From Psammoneis japonica (taxonomy: Eukaryota): 64,000 bases of DNA. The notes under the pieces were generated by a model. It was given only the letters and a program-made list of their open reading frames with translations, had not been told where the DNA came from and ran no database searches. The stretch lies in the NCBI GenBank assembly GCA_008632985.1, contig QPGO01000103.1, forward strand, positions 62,001 through 126,000, read 5' to 3'. The position numbers and the translations under genes were made by a program. Shown piece after piece: positions 13,129 through 26,054 of the stretch; the stretch's first letter is position 1; each line of letters begins with the position of its first letter.

Positions 13129-14486
13129 ATGAAAGAGTCTCGCCAAGAACCGCTTTTACCCTATAGGGACACCTTACGACAAGCGAAAGTGTTCCTGGTG
13201 TTGCTAGTCTTGCTAGTGTTGAGGTTCGAGGGATTCGTGGAATCCTTCATCACGGGGAATCGTCCAAAAAGCATAGCACCTCGTGCCTGTAGAGGAGTCC
13301 GAAGCTTCCCATTGCTGCATGTCGCCGTCACCGAGGAAAGCACATCTCTCAGCGAATCAACTAAAAAACTCGACGACGAGCCTTTGCCCTCAAGGCTGCT
13401 GACAAAACAGACGACATGCAGCATAGAGAAGAATTTGACCAGCAGGAGATCGTTTTTGCGACGAAAGCAAACCGAAAAGCAGACTTTAAGATTCACTCTT
13501 GATTACGACGAAGTATCTCTTGGTGAAACGCCTAGTACTACTGGAATCTTATTGATTCATCCTATTGGCGTGGGAATTGGAAAATGGTTTTATTCACGCT
13601 TGATCAAAGCCATGTCTGCTCTCTACTCGAGTAGAAAAAACCCGACAACTTGTTGATCGTCGCTCCGGATCTGTTAGGATCAGGTACGGCTTGCAGTCCC
13701 ACAAGTGATGGAGTAGAGCTTGACAAGCTACCCTTGCTGAATTTGACCGATTGGACAGATGAAATACTCAACGTCATATCGGACGTTCAAGAGCAACACC
13801 CGTCCATTGGTCGATGGTGTCTTGTTGCCAATGGCGGATGTTCTCCCATTGCTTTGCAAGTAGCCGCACGAACTCTTGATGGTACCATGAAATCTAGTAG
13901 CCAAATCAACGTGACAAATATCGTTCTTTCGTCTGTTCCACGGTTGCCGTTCTTCACAAGACCGAATAACGAGCCCGCAAAGGTGGCAAAGTCCTACAAG
14001 ACTCTGTGCGGGGTCGCGGGCAAGCTGTTTTGGTGGTATTCATGTCGCAAGGACGGAAAGTTTATCAAGACATTTAGTGAAAAGAACTTGGTGGCCGATC
14101 CAGACAATTTGGGAGACTTGTGGCCGAAGAACTGCATCGAAACTGCAAAAGCTCGCAACGGCAAGAGCAAATTCTCAACCTTTGCGTTTCTTGCTGGAGC
14201 ACTACAGGACGGATGCGAAGCCAGTCTGAATACCCTCAAAGACAGCCATGTACAAGTTGATATACTTAAAGGCAGGGATGTTCGACAGAATCTTGCAAGG
14301 AGTTGGTTCTGGTCCAAGAGGAAAAGAAAGGCCAAGAATGTAGCTATGTCAAAGCCGCGAAAGACGATTCGAGATCTCCTGGAAGAAAACGGAAACGGTG
14401 GAAGAGAAGTTCTTATTGGAGGACGAGTCAGCTTGGCTCACGAAGATCCGTATGGATACGCAAATGCTATTTATGAATTTCTCTAG
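13129..14486 (+). CDS. Alpha/beta-hydrolase fold protein, likely plastid-targeted; one frameshift near 13635-13641
   Basis: LLIHPIGVG in the first ORF and IVAPDLLGSG, LVANGG, LAHEDP in the second; the frames differ by -1 at an A6 run. Confidence 0.72.
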
Positions 14487-14787
14487 AGCCTGACGCTGAT
14501 GCCAAGCCACCCGCACAAACTTGATCGTACCGTAGTAAGACAGATGAGTGATTCTTGGCGTGTGGTCTGTGGCAAAATCTCTTCCTAGCTACTAGAGAGA
14601 GAGTTGGGTTTGATGTACAGTAGAGAAGACCGCGACCCTAGACCATAGACTCGCGTCTAAATCGTCGCGACTGAGAACAGTGCAAAGGTAATTCAACATG
14701 ATGATACCCAGTAGGCAGGTGTTCCCGACAGAGGCGATACTATTTTCACAACAACTTTATTTTAAAAAGGCTAATCGACTGTCTCAC

Positions 14788-15635
14788 TTAGACAAGCTCG
14801 ATAATTGCCATCTTGGCGTTATCACCTTGCCTGGCCACTGTCCTCAAAACTCGAGTGTATCCTCCGTTACGGTCGCCATAACGATCAGGAGCAGCCTCAA
14901 AGAGCGAGTGCACCAGATTCTTATCGTAAATCCAGGCCAAAGCTTGACGACGAGCGTGCAAGTCTCCTCTCTTTCCCAATTCAATCATGTGATCCACGTG
15001 CTTCCTGACAGCCTTGGCTCTGACAAGGGTTGTCTTGATGCGTCCGTGCCGAATAACTTCCGTCGTGAGAGCGCGAAGCAAGGCCTTGCGTTGATCCGCA
15101 GGCTTTCCAAGCTTCTTAAATCCGTGGCGGTGCCTCATCATTTTTAAAGTGGATTTTCCAGGGGCAGTACGAGAAAAAGCAACAGGTTCCATTGTCGACA
15201 AGGAGGTTCCAACAAAGGAGGTACCTCCAGTGACTGATTAGGGAAAGAACAAAAACAGAACGCAAAAGCCATGAGAAAACACAGTTTTGACGGCAGAAGA
15301 ACGAGGAACAACGAGTTACGCCGATAAAAGCGTCGAAAGACAAGCACAATTCAACAGTGTCGAAGGAACCAACCGATAGCGGTGCCGCTGTCAACAAATG
15401 AAGGCGTTTCCCATTTTTTAGTTTTGTTCCCATCATTTCTATGGCACATTTCTCAGGCGTTTGTAAGTCACCCGTCAAGAAGTAGGAACGAGACCAACGG
15501 GCAAACATCGCAATGGCGGTATTTTTCTCGAATTCGATCCCAAAAACACAGTCAATCGAGACAGTATCATTCAAATCACATACCAAAGGCGGATGCACCC
15601 GCCACAAAGAGGGCGAGAAGGGCAAGGACACGCAT
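14788..15635 (-). CDS. rpl17: Plastid-targeted 50S ribosomal protein L17, 2 exons (intron ~15583-15233)
   Basis: [22 protein letters not shown]...IKTTLVRAK...RNGGYTRV...[14 protein letters not shown]; exon 1 encodes [17 protein letters not shown]. Confidence 0.95.
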
Positions 15636-15926
15636 GGTGATGGTCGTTGTGACAGCACTTCTGTGTGAAACCTGCGGCGACGACTGATGTGTGCGAGTAC
15701 GTCAGCCTCACCGTGAAATTCCGTACATTTCTACGTGTGGTGATGTGAGGCCATCGAATGCATTTCAGCGCCTTTACGTCATTCTATTTTTTACGGTATC
15801 TTCATACTACAGATACTCAAATCATGGAATCCTAAAATCACATCGCGCCTTTTCTGCGTTTCGGGAGAGTGATGTCTGCGAGCACACAACTGACGCATCG
15901 GACAGAAAATACCGTTGCTTTTGACC

Positions 15927-16553
15927 ATGAAGACTGCTTTTGTTTTTTCCACCATGCTCGTTGGGGCGTCGGCCTTTGGTATGTTATTTTGTGGTTTATA
16001 TTGTGTGAAAAGAATCGATGCGAAAAGCGATGAGTTGGTGTCGTTTGACGATCTGCGACCTCATCGCGTGTTCATCTCGCAGTTCTCGCGTGAGAGCTCG
16101 AATAATTCGAACGATTTTCGTAGTTTCATCAAGTTTCTTCATTGCCATGAATTCTTACTAATTTTGTTCTTGTTTCTGCTTTTATCTCTGGAAACTATAG
16201 GAGTCGTGCCACAAACAACTTCTCGTTTCAATACGGCTCTGCGCCCAAAGTTGCCAGAAGAGGATATGACTGCCGATATGTTGGAAATCCAAAAGATCAA
16301 AGAAAAGTGGGGAGAAGTTCGTCACATGGACCGAGAAGAAGCCGAAAAGACGTTGGACGCGGAATGGCTTGAGGCGTACAACCGATTCTATGAAAGGTAT
16401 GAAAAAGATATGGAATCAATGTTGGAAATTACCCAAAAGATGGAAAAGATGATTACGCCGCCACAGGTGGAAAAGAAAAGCAAGGGACAACGCAAGAGAG
16501 ATGCATACGCCAAGGTACAAGCTCGTGAAGCTGCTCGTGCTGCCAAACAGTAA
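15927..16553 (+). CDS. Plastid-targeted small charged/coiled-coil hypothetical protein (intron 15979-16200)
   Basis: MKTAFVFSTMLVGASAF-G presequence, GTATGT donor, CTATAG acceptor, basic C-terminus KKSKGQRKRDAYAK. Confidence 0.75.
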   Translation: MKTAFVFSTMLVGASAFGMLFCGLYCVKRIDAKSDELVSFDDLRPHRVFISQFSRESSNNSNDFRSFIKFLHCHEFLLILFLFLLLSLETIGVVPQTTSRFNTALRPKLPEEDMTADMLEIQKIKEKWGEVRHMDREEAEKTLDAEWLEAYNRFYERYEKDMESMLEITQKMEKMITPPQVEKKSKGQRKRDAYAKVQAREAARAAKQ

Positions 16554-16704
16554 AAGTATGGGCATCGCAATCATTTTTCCCTGTTAAGAATGTAAAGTAG
16601 CCAGTTCGGTCAAATGTTGTGAATCGTTGGTAGCTGGGTGCTTTATATCAAGACATCACCTTTTACAACAGGTCATCACAACGCATAGGTTCTTCGTGTA
16701 GCAG

Positions 16705-17217
16705 TTACTTATCGACAATGCCCATGTGAACGTTCAAAAGCTGCGCAAAGTCGTGTTCATCCCCGCCCTCGTGCGGGACGGGAACAAAGGCGCCCAATTC
16801 GTTCCACGCGTTTAGATTTCCCTGTAAATGTGAGGGCTCATCCACGACGAACAAGTGCCCCCGCTTTGCCATGGCATTTGCCAGTTCGGTCTGATGATTG
16901 TCCATGAGAAGCGTATTGATTACAACAACCAACTTTTTTCCGAGTCGCAGTGCCTCCATGACGGTTCCTGCACCCGCGTGGCTTAGAATCAAGTCGGCTT
17001 GTTTCATGTCTTGTTCCAAGGATGGTTGAAACGAATAAGAGGAGCATTGGATTGGACAATTCTTTGTTGGAAATGCAGGTTCCGATCCTTTACCGTACTG
17101 GATCACCAACTGAGTGAAACCGTTGGACGCCATCCAATTTAGGGCTAAAGGTTGTGTTACAGCTTCGATAAGTAGATCAAACTTTGTTGTTCCAACTGTA
17201 ACAAAGATCGACTTCAT
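16705..17217 (-). CDS. ALG13: UDP-GlcNAc transferase subunit ALG13 (GT28 C-terminal domain)
   Basis: IFVTVGTTKFD, LVIQYG, ADLILSHAGAGT, VVINTLLMDNHQTELA. Confidence 0.93.
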   Translation of the reverse strand: MKSIFVTVGTTKFDLLIEAVTQPLALNWMASNGFTQLVIQYGKGSEPAFPTKNCPIQCSSYSFQPSLEQDMKQADLILSHAGAGTVMEALRLGKKLVVVINTLLMDNHQTELANAMAKRGHLFVVDEPSHLQGNLNAWNELGAFVPVPHEGGDEHDFAQLLNVHMGIVDK

Positions 17218-17676
17218 CTTGCTCTCTCTTTGTCGTTGCGTTTTGCAGTCTCTAATATGAATTGTATGGAAAAACTGGGGAATTGTGCAGGTATGGCTGG
17301 TAGAGGTAGCTAGACTAGCATCAGATTTTTTGCTTCTTTCGGATTTTTTCCTTCATGAATTGACTTGCATTTCCAAACAGCCACTTTCGGCACCCGTGTT
17401 GCAATACAGTCGTCGTTGGGGATGTAAAAGTGAAAGGGCAACACGAAAAATGTGTTGTCGGTTGGAGGTTTCGCGATTTGGAGATTGTAAGTTGTCGGAG
17501 GGAAAATCGCACGATCTTTTTGCGCGCGAAAAGTCGTCAACTGAGCGATCACTGACGCAACGACGAACCCGAGACCCAGCCAAGCACATCAACTGGGCCA
17601 GACAACTTCGTGGTGCAATCATTGTGTAATTGCTTTTGCGTGGTGTTCTGCTTTTATCGAAGAGTTTTGAAAGAGC

Positions 17677-18490
17677 ATGAAAGCAGCTGCTTTAGTCGTA
17701 GGTCTCAACTTGGTGAGCGTCACGTGGTCCTTTTCGCCACCTGATCATCGCGTGGGAATCCGCATTGACACTCATGTTTCTCCCATCACCGAGAGTTGTG
17801 TCATGGACGACCGTCGTGAAGCCATGTTTTCACTTGGGGGGGTCATGACGAGTTTAATGCCGCTAACCTCAAATGCATTGGTACGCAAGCACTTTTTTGA
17901 TACATCACATAGAAGAATCACTTTTCTGGTCTCACATTTTGATCCCGTGCTCGCACTCATTCGTTTTTGCACAGGTCAAGGGCAACACACCTCCATCCAA
18001 GGCGCTGTCGGAGGAGTATCGCCAAGGCACGGCTGCCTTGGGAAATTCAGAAGAGGCTGCTCCCATTCCTCGTGAAGCATACACCAAACTAGGTTCGGGT
18101 GTCGTGTACGCTGATATCCGTGCGGGTAGTGGCGCAGAAGTTGCCAAGGAAGGATCCCGTGTCAATCTCCAGTGGGTCCTTCGACGGGGAAACGGTTACT
18201 TTGTAGATTCGTCCGAAGAGAATGATTCGGTTCCATTCATCTTTACCGTTGGAGATGGTAATGCGATCAAGGGTGTCGACGAGGGTATTCGTGGAATGAA
18301 AGCGGGAGGTGTGCGACGTTTGCTCATTCCCATCAATCTAGCCTATGTGGATGGGCTAGATGATGGCAAACCGGGCCCTCTGCCAAATGGGTTTGGTCCA
18401 AGACAACAGATGCGACGTGTGCAAAGCATACGAAAGGATGTTCCCGGTGAATACGTCTTTCTGGAAGTTCAGCTAACTCGACTTCGCTAG
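17677..18490 (+). CDS. FKBP-type peptidyl-prolyl isomerase, plastid/thylakoid-type (intron 17881-17974)
   Basis: GYFVDSS, PFIFTVGDGNAIKGVDEGIRGMKAGGVRRLLIPINLAY; signal peptide followed by a DRREAM twin-Arg-like segment. Confidence 0.88.
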
Positions 18491-18693
18491 GCATACTGTA
18501 CTTTGAGAACGCAGCTACAAATCAATCGCAACATTCTTTCCAGAAGGAAACTGACACCATAGCGTTTATCAAAACACACGTCCGTCTTCTCCGAAACCTC
18601 TACCTAACGACATAAAGTGAATAATACCGATAGTGGAAGAGTGAAAGACACGATCAAGACGAATCTCTAGTAGCATCTACAACCCAATTGTGT

Positions 18694-19353
18694 CTAGACG
18701 ACCTTCTTGTCCTGGTCAAAGTTACCGGCTTCAAATCTCTTGTATAGCTTTTCGATTTCTTGCATAAGTCCAACTTCATCAAACATACCCTCGACATCAA
18801 AGAACTGTCCAACACTCCACTTTCCCTCCACCCGTTCCTTTTTGGATAGAGTTCCATCCTGTAACTTCTTTCCCTGAAACTCAATAATGACCGTGTAAAA
18901 CTCAGAAAAACGAGGCAAATCCGAACGAATTCGTAGTCCATACTGGCTCATGTCCTTGTTCTTGGGCGTTTCCTTGGTGGACGGCTTTGTCAAGAGGATA
19001 CAATCTTGATCAATAAAGGTCGTGATGAGTTGCAGCACTCCGCTCAGCATAAAATAGACGCAGCAGCACACACCCAAGAGCGGACGCGAGTCTGGAAAGG
19101 GCACCGGACTAAACTGAGCCACCACTGCAAAAAGACACGCCACTGTCATTATGGTAAGTTTGATATTGTCGAGACGATAATCCTCTTCGACTTGCTCCAG
19201 AATGGCATTTGCGACGGTTTCGTCCAGCACTTGCTTGAGTTTGACCATGTCACCGACATCGACCTGCAACAGTTCCATTTCGTCTTCTTCATAGTCATTG
19301 TCGTCTTTCTCGACAGGTACTGCTGAGATGGGTTTGTTCTTGCTCTTTGCCAT
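18694..19353 (-). CDS. SPCS2: Signal peptidase complex subunit 2 (SPC25 family)
   Basis: KLKQVLDE, DNIKLTIM, two transmembrane segments, RSDLPRFSEFY, SVGQFFDVEG. Confidence 0.82.
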   Translation of the reverse strand: MAKSKNKPISAVPVEKDDNDYEEDEMELLQVDVGDMVKLKQVLDETVANAILEQVEEDYRLDNIKLTIMTVACLFAVVAQFSPVPFPDSRPLLGVCCCVYFMLSGVLQLITTFIDQDCILLTKPSTKETPKNKDMSQYGLRIRSDLPRFSEFYTVIIEFQGKKLQDGTLSKKERVEGKWSVGQFFDVEGMFDEVGLMQEIEKLYKRFEAGNFDQDKKVV

Positions 19354-19716
19354 GATATTAGTTCTTGCAATTGTAAGAGACAGCGAGAGCGATGAGCGGC
19401 GGCGGATGGAGTGAGTGTAGAAATGGGCGCCGCGTTACTGTAAATTTCCTACGTGCGTTCTGTATTGAGAACGGCGTAGAATAGGTTATGGTTTCACGAA
19501 GCTGAGTGAATGTGCCACGTGTAGAAGAAGGGACAGACGGACACAACCAACGGGCCACCGGCCGTACCGCACGGACGCCGACTCGCTTGACTTTGAATTA
19601 ATTTGGTCAAGGACCACAATCATGGAATCGACGGAGAGATAGTACCTACTACTAGCTAGTAGCTAGATGGATGCAAGTAGCTCCTTTACGCAAGTAGACT
19701 TCAGCTTTAGAAAGGT

Positions 19717-22700
19717 TTATAGTGCTAGAATGGACTTATTTCTTCGGGATGGTCTCGTTTTTCTTCCTCTTCGTTTCCTATCGGCTTGACCAAAGCCCAG
19801 CCACGACCTTGTTCGTGGCATCCTTCGGGGTTCAAACTCGTCATCCTCCTTCTTGGCACGTGGCGATGGATGAAAGGCATCACCAAACCAATTCTTGAAA
19901 AACTTTTTTCGCAATGTATCTAGCCACAAGATACTCGAGCTGAGACCGACAATGTAAAGCAAATCAAGAAAACTCAAGCCTTCTGTTTGGAAGACTTCTT
20001 GGAGCGGAGGAAAGTAAATCACCGCGAGTTGGCCGAGAACTGAGCCACCGACGGCCCACAGGAATGCTGGATTCGAATAGATGCTAAGTTCGTAAAAGCA
20101 ACGCTCAGACGAACGGCAAACGTAGGCGTTGAACAAGTCACAGTTGACAAAGGTCATAAACGTCATGGTCGTGTCACGCCTTGTGATGTGGCCATCATCG
20201 AGTTCGTTAGAAAAGACTTTCAAAGTCATGAATACAATCAAGGCTGCACTTGATACGGCTCGGGCCAAAAGCGCACCAGTTACAATCGGATCATCAGCCT
20301 TACGAGGCTTTGCATTCAAGATTTTTTCATCGACAGGTTCAACGCCCAAACTTTGCGCGGGCGGGCCGTCCATGATGATGTTGATCCACAAAATCTGCAT
20401 GGCATTGAGTGGAGACGGCAAGCCACATGCAGTCGCAATCGCATTCATTGTGAGAGCTGCAAAGGATGTGGACAGCTGAAACGCCAGAAAGTTCCGAATG
20501 TTGAAGAAAATGCCCTTTCCTTCGGCAACCGCGTGAGTAATGGTGGCGAAATCGTCATCGGCAAGAACAACGTCGGCAGCTTCCTTCGCTACATCTGTGC
20601 CACCCTTTCCCATGGCAATACCAATGTCGGCACCCTTCAGAGCAGTGGCATCGTTTACACCATCTCCCGTCATGGCCACAATTTCGTCCTGCTGCTGCAA
20701 GGCACGAACGAGCGCGAGTTTGTGACGAGGAACCACCCGGTAAAAGACTCTTACGCCGACAATCGACTCGGCAAGGTTTGCGGGAGGAATAGAGTCCAGT
20801 TCCTCACCAGACAAGGCAAGGCTCGCACCAAACTCCACGTCTTGCAAGTCGATTTCCGACGAGTGTTGATGATGCAAAAGCATGGCGTGGTTGATGCCAG
20901 AACTGTTTGGGCTTGAAGAGTGGTGCGATCGACTACTACTGAGATCACTGCCAAGAATGCCACACCGCCCAGCAATGGCAAGCGCCGTTTCTTTGGAATC
21001 ACCCGTTACCATAAGAACCTTGACACCTCCACGTCGTAGTTGCTTCACAGATTCTTCAACGCCTTCGCGAGGTGGGTCTTCTACTGCCATGAGACCCGCA
21101 AACGTCAAATCATCCAAGGAAGCGCCATAGGCCATAGCTAAAACACGGAGCCCAATCGAAGCCATTCTGCGAGAGTGATTCAATACTCTTGCCTTCAAGT
21201 CTTCTGTTAATTCGGACGTTGATCCGTCTGCTTCGGTGTACGTCTTGCTCTCTCCCAACACAGATTCAGGCATGCCCTTGACAAAGTAGAGACTTCCATC
21301 ATGTGCATGATGAGAGGCCGTGACGTCGGTGACACTGTTGCTTCTCCATCTACGTACAGGAGGCGTTGCCTTTACAGCCTCTCGTTCTGTTGCCTTGACA
21401 AATGCCTCACAGGGATGAGTTCCACTGACCGGTCGGGCGCGGACTTCCATACGCTTGCGATCCGATGTGAATGGAACTTCTTGAAGTCGATGATAGAGGG
21501 GTCGAGGATCGGGCACTCCCGCCTTGACGGACGCCACGAGGAGCGCCAATTCTGTTGGTTGTCCCGACAGCGTGCCACCCGTCCTGCCCTCAATGCTATC
21601 GTCAACGTGTGAAACCACAGTGGCGTTGTTGCACAAACTAGCAACGTGAAAGAGCGCCGACAAGGCACCAAATTCGGGGCAATTCTTCGAGACTGGCTTT
21701 GTTCTGAGAGACGGTTCCAAGGCATATGGATCTTCTGCCTGAACCAGAGATCCATTGTTCGGATCGTATCCAACACCGGTAAACCCAAAGACTGCTCTAG
21801 GGTATGCAAGCACATAGAGTGAGCGAGCCGTCATTTCATTCTGTGTCAGAGTTCCCGTCTTGTCACTCGCCACAACCGTGGCACATCCCAAAGACTCAAC
21901 GGCGGGAAGCTTTTTCACAATTGCATTCATACGCGCCATTCTCAAGACACCCAACGCCAACGTTACAGTGACGCAAATGGGCAATCCCTCTGGAATGGCA
22001 GCCACAGCCAAGGAAACCGCCACAGTGACAGTTTCCAGAAAAGGTCGACCCATGAGCCATCCCAAAAAGGCAATCACGCCAATGGCCAGACTAGAAAAGC
22101 CCGCCAAACGTTTGCCCAATTCATCAATTTTGATTTGGAGGGGCGACTTGCGTGCCGTGACGGAATTGAGTTCCGTGGCCACCTTGCCAAATTCGGTATG
22201 TTTGCCTGTTGCCACGACGAGGGCACGGCCACGGCCTGATGTTACCAGAGTGCCACAAAACACGATATTACCCTGTTGTGTCAGGGTTGGAATGGCACTC
22301 AGTGTGAGTCCTTCACCCGTTTTGGATACCGGGTGATTTTCACCCGTCAGGGATGATTCGTCCAAGGCGAGCTCCACCGAGTCGACGACGCGACAATCAG
22401 CAGGAACGCGACTGTATTAGAGGGAAAACGGGATTGCCATGTAAGAAAAAAATTACCATGCATAGAACAAACAACAAAGTCAGCATAAAATAACGTACTC
22501 TCCCGTCGCCAACAATACCAAATCTCCCACAACGAGCTCTTGCGCAAAGAACCCGTCCATCACCTTTCCATCACGAAGCACTGTGCACGTGTGCGGCACC
22601 AAGTGCGCCAACTTTTCAAGCGCTGCTTCGGAACGATATTCTTGAACCGCCGCCACCAAGGAAACAATCAATAGCGCAATACCAATACTGATGGCATCGG

Positions 22701-23013
22701 CTGAATTACCCAAAAAGATGGAAATACCCGCAGACGATAAAAGCATGAGAATTAACGGCTCCTTGAGCTGTCCCACCAACGCGGTCCAGATCGGTGGTAA
22801 GCACGGAGACATTCGAGCAATGAGGCTTTTTTGATGTAGCGGATCGTCTTCATCTCCGTGCATCACGTTGGAACCAAATATGGCACGCAGAGACGGGACA
22901 TAGCGCGATGACCAGCCCCGGCTTAGCAAGTGTTCGTGGTGAGAATCGTCTCCGCGACTGCTCGGAGCGAGCGACGCCAAGTGACGAGCCACCTCTTCGG
23001 CCTGCCATGACAT
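19717..23013 (-). CDS. P-type IIA Ca2+/Mn2+-transporting ATPase (SPCA/PMR1-like), intron 22498-22412
   Basis: GDRVPAD across the splice, LTGE, AIPEGLP, DKTGTLT, TGDGVND, QILWINIIMDGPPAQSLGVEP. Confidence 0.95.
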
Positions 23014-25975
23014 TCCTCCGCACGACCATATGGATAAGAGGACGTCATTTTATGAATGGATATATAGAGTAGCAAGTGTTGTCGAGTGGTTGAAAGATGA
23101 ACAAGACGTTTGTTGTGTTTGCAGTGTTTTCAGTTTTTTCGTTGTTTTTTTCTGTTTGTGACGAATGACCGAAAAGCGCACGCGATCGCGAGTCGTTTCA
23201 AAACCACGTCGTAGAAAACCTACTAAGCTCTACGTACGAGGTATTCTGTAAAAAACGAACTCGCGATAACTAAAAAAATATCACCGTCCGTTGAGTTAGT
23301 CCTGGCGATCACCCGGGAATCGAATGCCGGTGCTAATCTCCACATCATCCAAAAACATCAAACGAAAACGCAACACCAACACGCAACACGCCAACCCAAA
23401 ACTTTTTGAAGAAAATTGACAGCAGTGAATGCTACTCTAAGAGAATAACCATGGAAGACGAAAGAATAAAACTTCCTTCACTGACCCTGGTCACCCACCA
23501 TGGTGGGGCAAACACGCAACAAGAAGCTGGTTGGTGTTGGGTGCAACCCAGGGTCGAATCGCTGGGCCAAGCACGAGTGGAAGACACCAAGGCAATCACG
23601 CAGTCATTGGCAAACAATGTCTTCCACCAAGCAATGTGCCTGGAGATCTCCTTTTCGATGCCGAATGGATCTGAGAAAGAAGTCACACTGCGCGGCCAGA
23701 TGGCTGGGGGACTCATTTGTGGGGGACATCAACTTGACTTCATCGCTGGCAGACAATGTGTGCTGTTCTCAATCAAAATAAAAAGAACACTCTGCAGCAT
23801 TGATGACATCATTCTGCTTCAAGGCTGCACCTCATGCAGCACTTCACAATGCCACCAACACGTGGAAAAGATGAGACACCACGTGACACACGCACAGCAA
23901 CGCTCTCTGTTGTGAGTGTGCCCTCTCCTCGCATGAAGAGAAAAGCACCATCAAGTTTCCTGAAGACCATCGGGAATGGACAGACAATGACTTGATTGAA
24001 GTCTTTCCAGCTGCAGGAGAGGGAGGACAAGGCATTTGTTTGGAAGTTGCACGACACAGGAACACACAAGACACATCACAGGAAACACCACATTTCATTT
24101 TGCATCACTCTTGTTTTTGGCTTACAATGTGTCTTTCGCCACAGTTGCCTTGGCCTCTTTGTTGCTGAGACCTGGTCACAACAGAAAGAGTGCAAAACAG
24201 GCATTTTGAAATCCACAGGGAAAAGGGAAGTTTTCCATTTTCTTCTCCTGCCAAAGCCATTTTCATGCAAGACAAACCCAAAATGTGATGAGGAGGGAAT
24301 TTGTGTGAGAGCACTGCACAACACATTTGTTGGGTTTGGGACTCTTTTCTGCCTTTTTGATCAAGTGTCAACAACTCATCTCAAGATTTCTGTTTTCAGA
24401 AGAATGTCTTTTAAAAAAGATGGGTTGGTGACAGTCATGCAATCATCAGAACAGAAGTCTTTGCAAGCACTTGAATGTTCAGAATTTAATGTGCTGCAGC
24501 ACTGCTCACCGATGCTCAGTTGCATCATGAAGGACATCTGCACTGGCTCACAAACACAAGGTCACAGCATGTGTTCCAGGCATTTCATGAGCCTGTGCCA
24601 GGGCTGTGCAGACTTCTCCTCCCATGTTGGGAGTGGACTTCTGCGTGTGAGATTCTGAGGTGAGCCCTGCAATCATGTGTGAGATGACCAGTTGGCCATG
24701 ATTGCTCAATTCTTGCCCACTGCACAGCTGTGCCTTCAAGCACAGCTTGCAATGAGAACAAAAGAATCTTTTTCTGTTTTAAGACAGAGATGTGCAGTGT
24801 GATTGTTCTGGAGTGAGGCAGGCCACAACTCCAAACAGCGCGCAACAATCAGCTGCTTGTGCCTTGCTTGCTTGTGTGCCATCATCTTCACAGCTCCAAT
24901 CACAGAGCCCTTGGCACTTTCTTTTTGCTCAGTGCCATCTTGAGATCTTTTTCTTGCATGGTGCTCTGGGTGCTCAAGCAATTTTGATGGAATCACATGA
25001 CTTTTGGTGTCTCAGCACTGAGTGTGCATTTTGCGCCAACACAAAACACTTCTCTGGCTGCTCTTGCCCATGCTCTTGTGAGTTGTCTCTCTCACCCCAG
25101 ATGTTTCATGCAGTTGCAAACAGCAGAGGGCAGCTGGGCACTTGTGTCTAAGAAGCAAACTGGTCAAAAATCTGTGCCTGAGTCAAGTTTGGTTTCCTCT
25201 CCTCAAGTTTCACTTTGTTGCTCTCTTGACCAGCTGAGTGCCGTTTGAGATGGGGCTTCAAATGACCTGTTTTTCTGCCTGTCATTGCCACCTTTGCCTT
25301 CAGATCATCTCCCAAGCTCACAATGTGTTGCCTTTGTTTGCACAGAGCTTCAAACATGCCTGTGTGTGAGCTGCTGATGATGCCAACATGTGCTGCAGCA
25401 CAAGTTCAATGTGGCAGCTCTGTTCTGGCCTGCTGTGTGGCTGCACTTTCATGAATGGCTTGCACAAGAATGAAAGATTCTTCTCCATGATGTTTGGATG
25501 AATGATGTTTGGCATTTAGATGGAGGTGAAAGTGGCTTGGATGTTTTGAAGGGAAGCAGGCCATGACTGCCATGCCAGCTTTGTGAAAATTCTCTGTCAC
25601 TTGCATCTCCGCATTTGTTTCCAAAAATGTCTTGACTGCCATCACAGGTGTTGGCCCTTTGTTTCCTCAGTTGTTTCATAAATTCTGCTCTGGGCACCAG
25701 GCCAATTTTGACAGAATCCTTGGGACTTTTGATGTTGTGTTTCAGCAGCACTGGGTGTGCAAATGTTTGTTGCAAAGATGCACCAAGCATGTCTCATCTC
25801 CATGCTCACGTGCAAGTTGTCTCTCACTCTGGCTGTTTTCCACGTGGATGCAGATGGAAGTTGATCAAGCACTTCTGCCTGAGAAACAAATTGGCCACAA
25901 TCTCTGCATTTGGCTGAGCTTCTCCAACTTTTCTTGAGATGGTGAATTCATTCTCCTTTTCTTCCTGCAGCAACT

Positions 25976-26054
25976 GGACTCTCTCTAACCACATGATCTG
26001 TTTTTCTCTGCTGTGGACTCTCTCTAACCATGATCTGTTTTTCTCTGCCATGGA
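25976..26054. repeat. ~40-bp tandem duplication
   Basis: ggactctctctaacc(ac)atgatctgtttttctctgc present twice. Confidence 0.85.
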
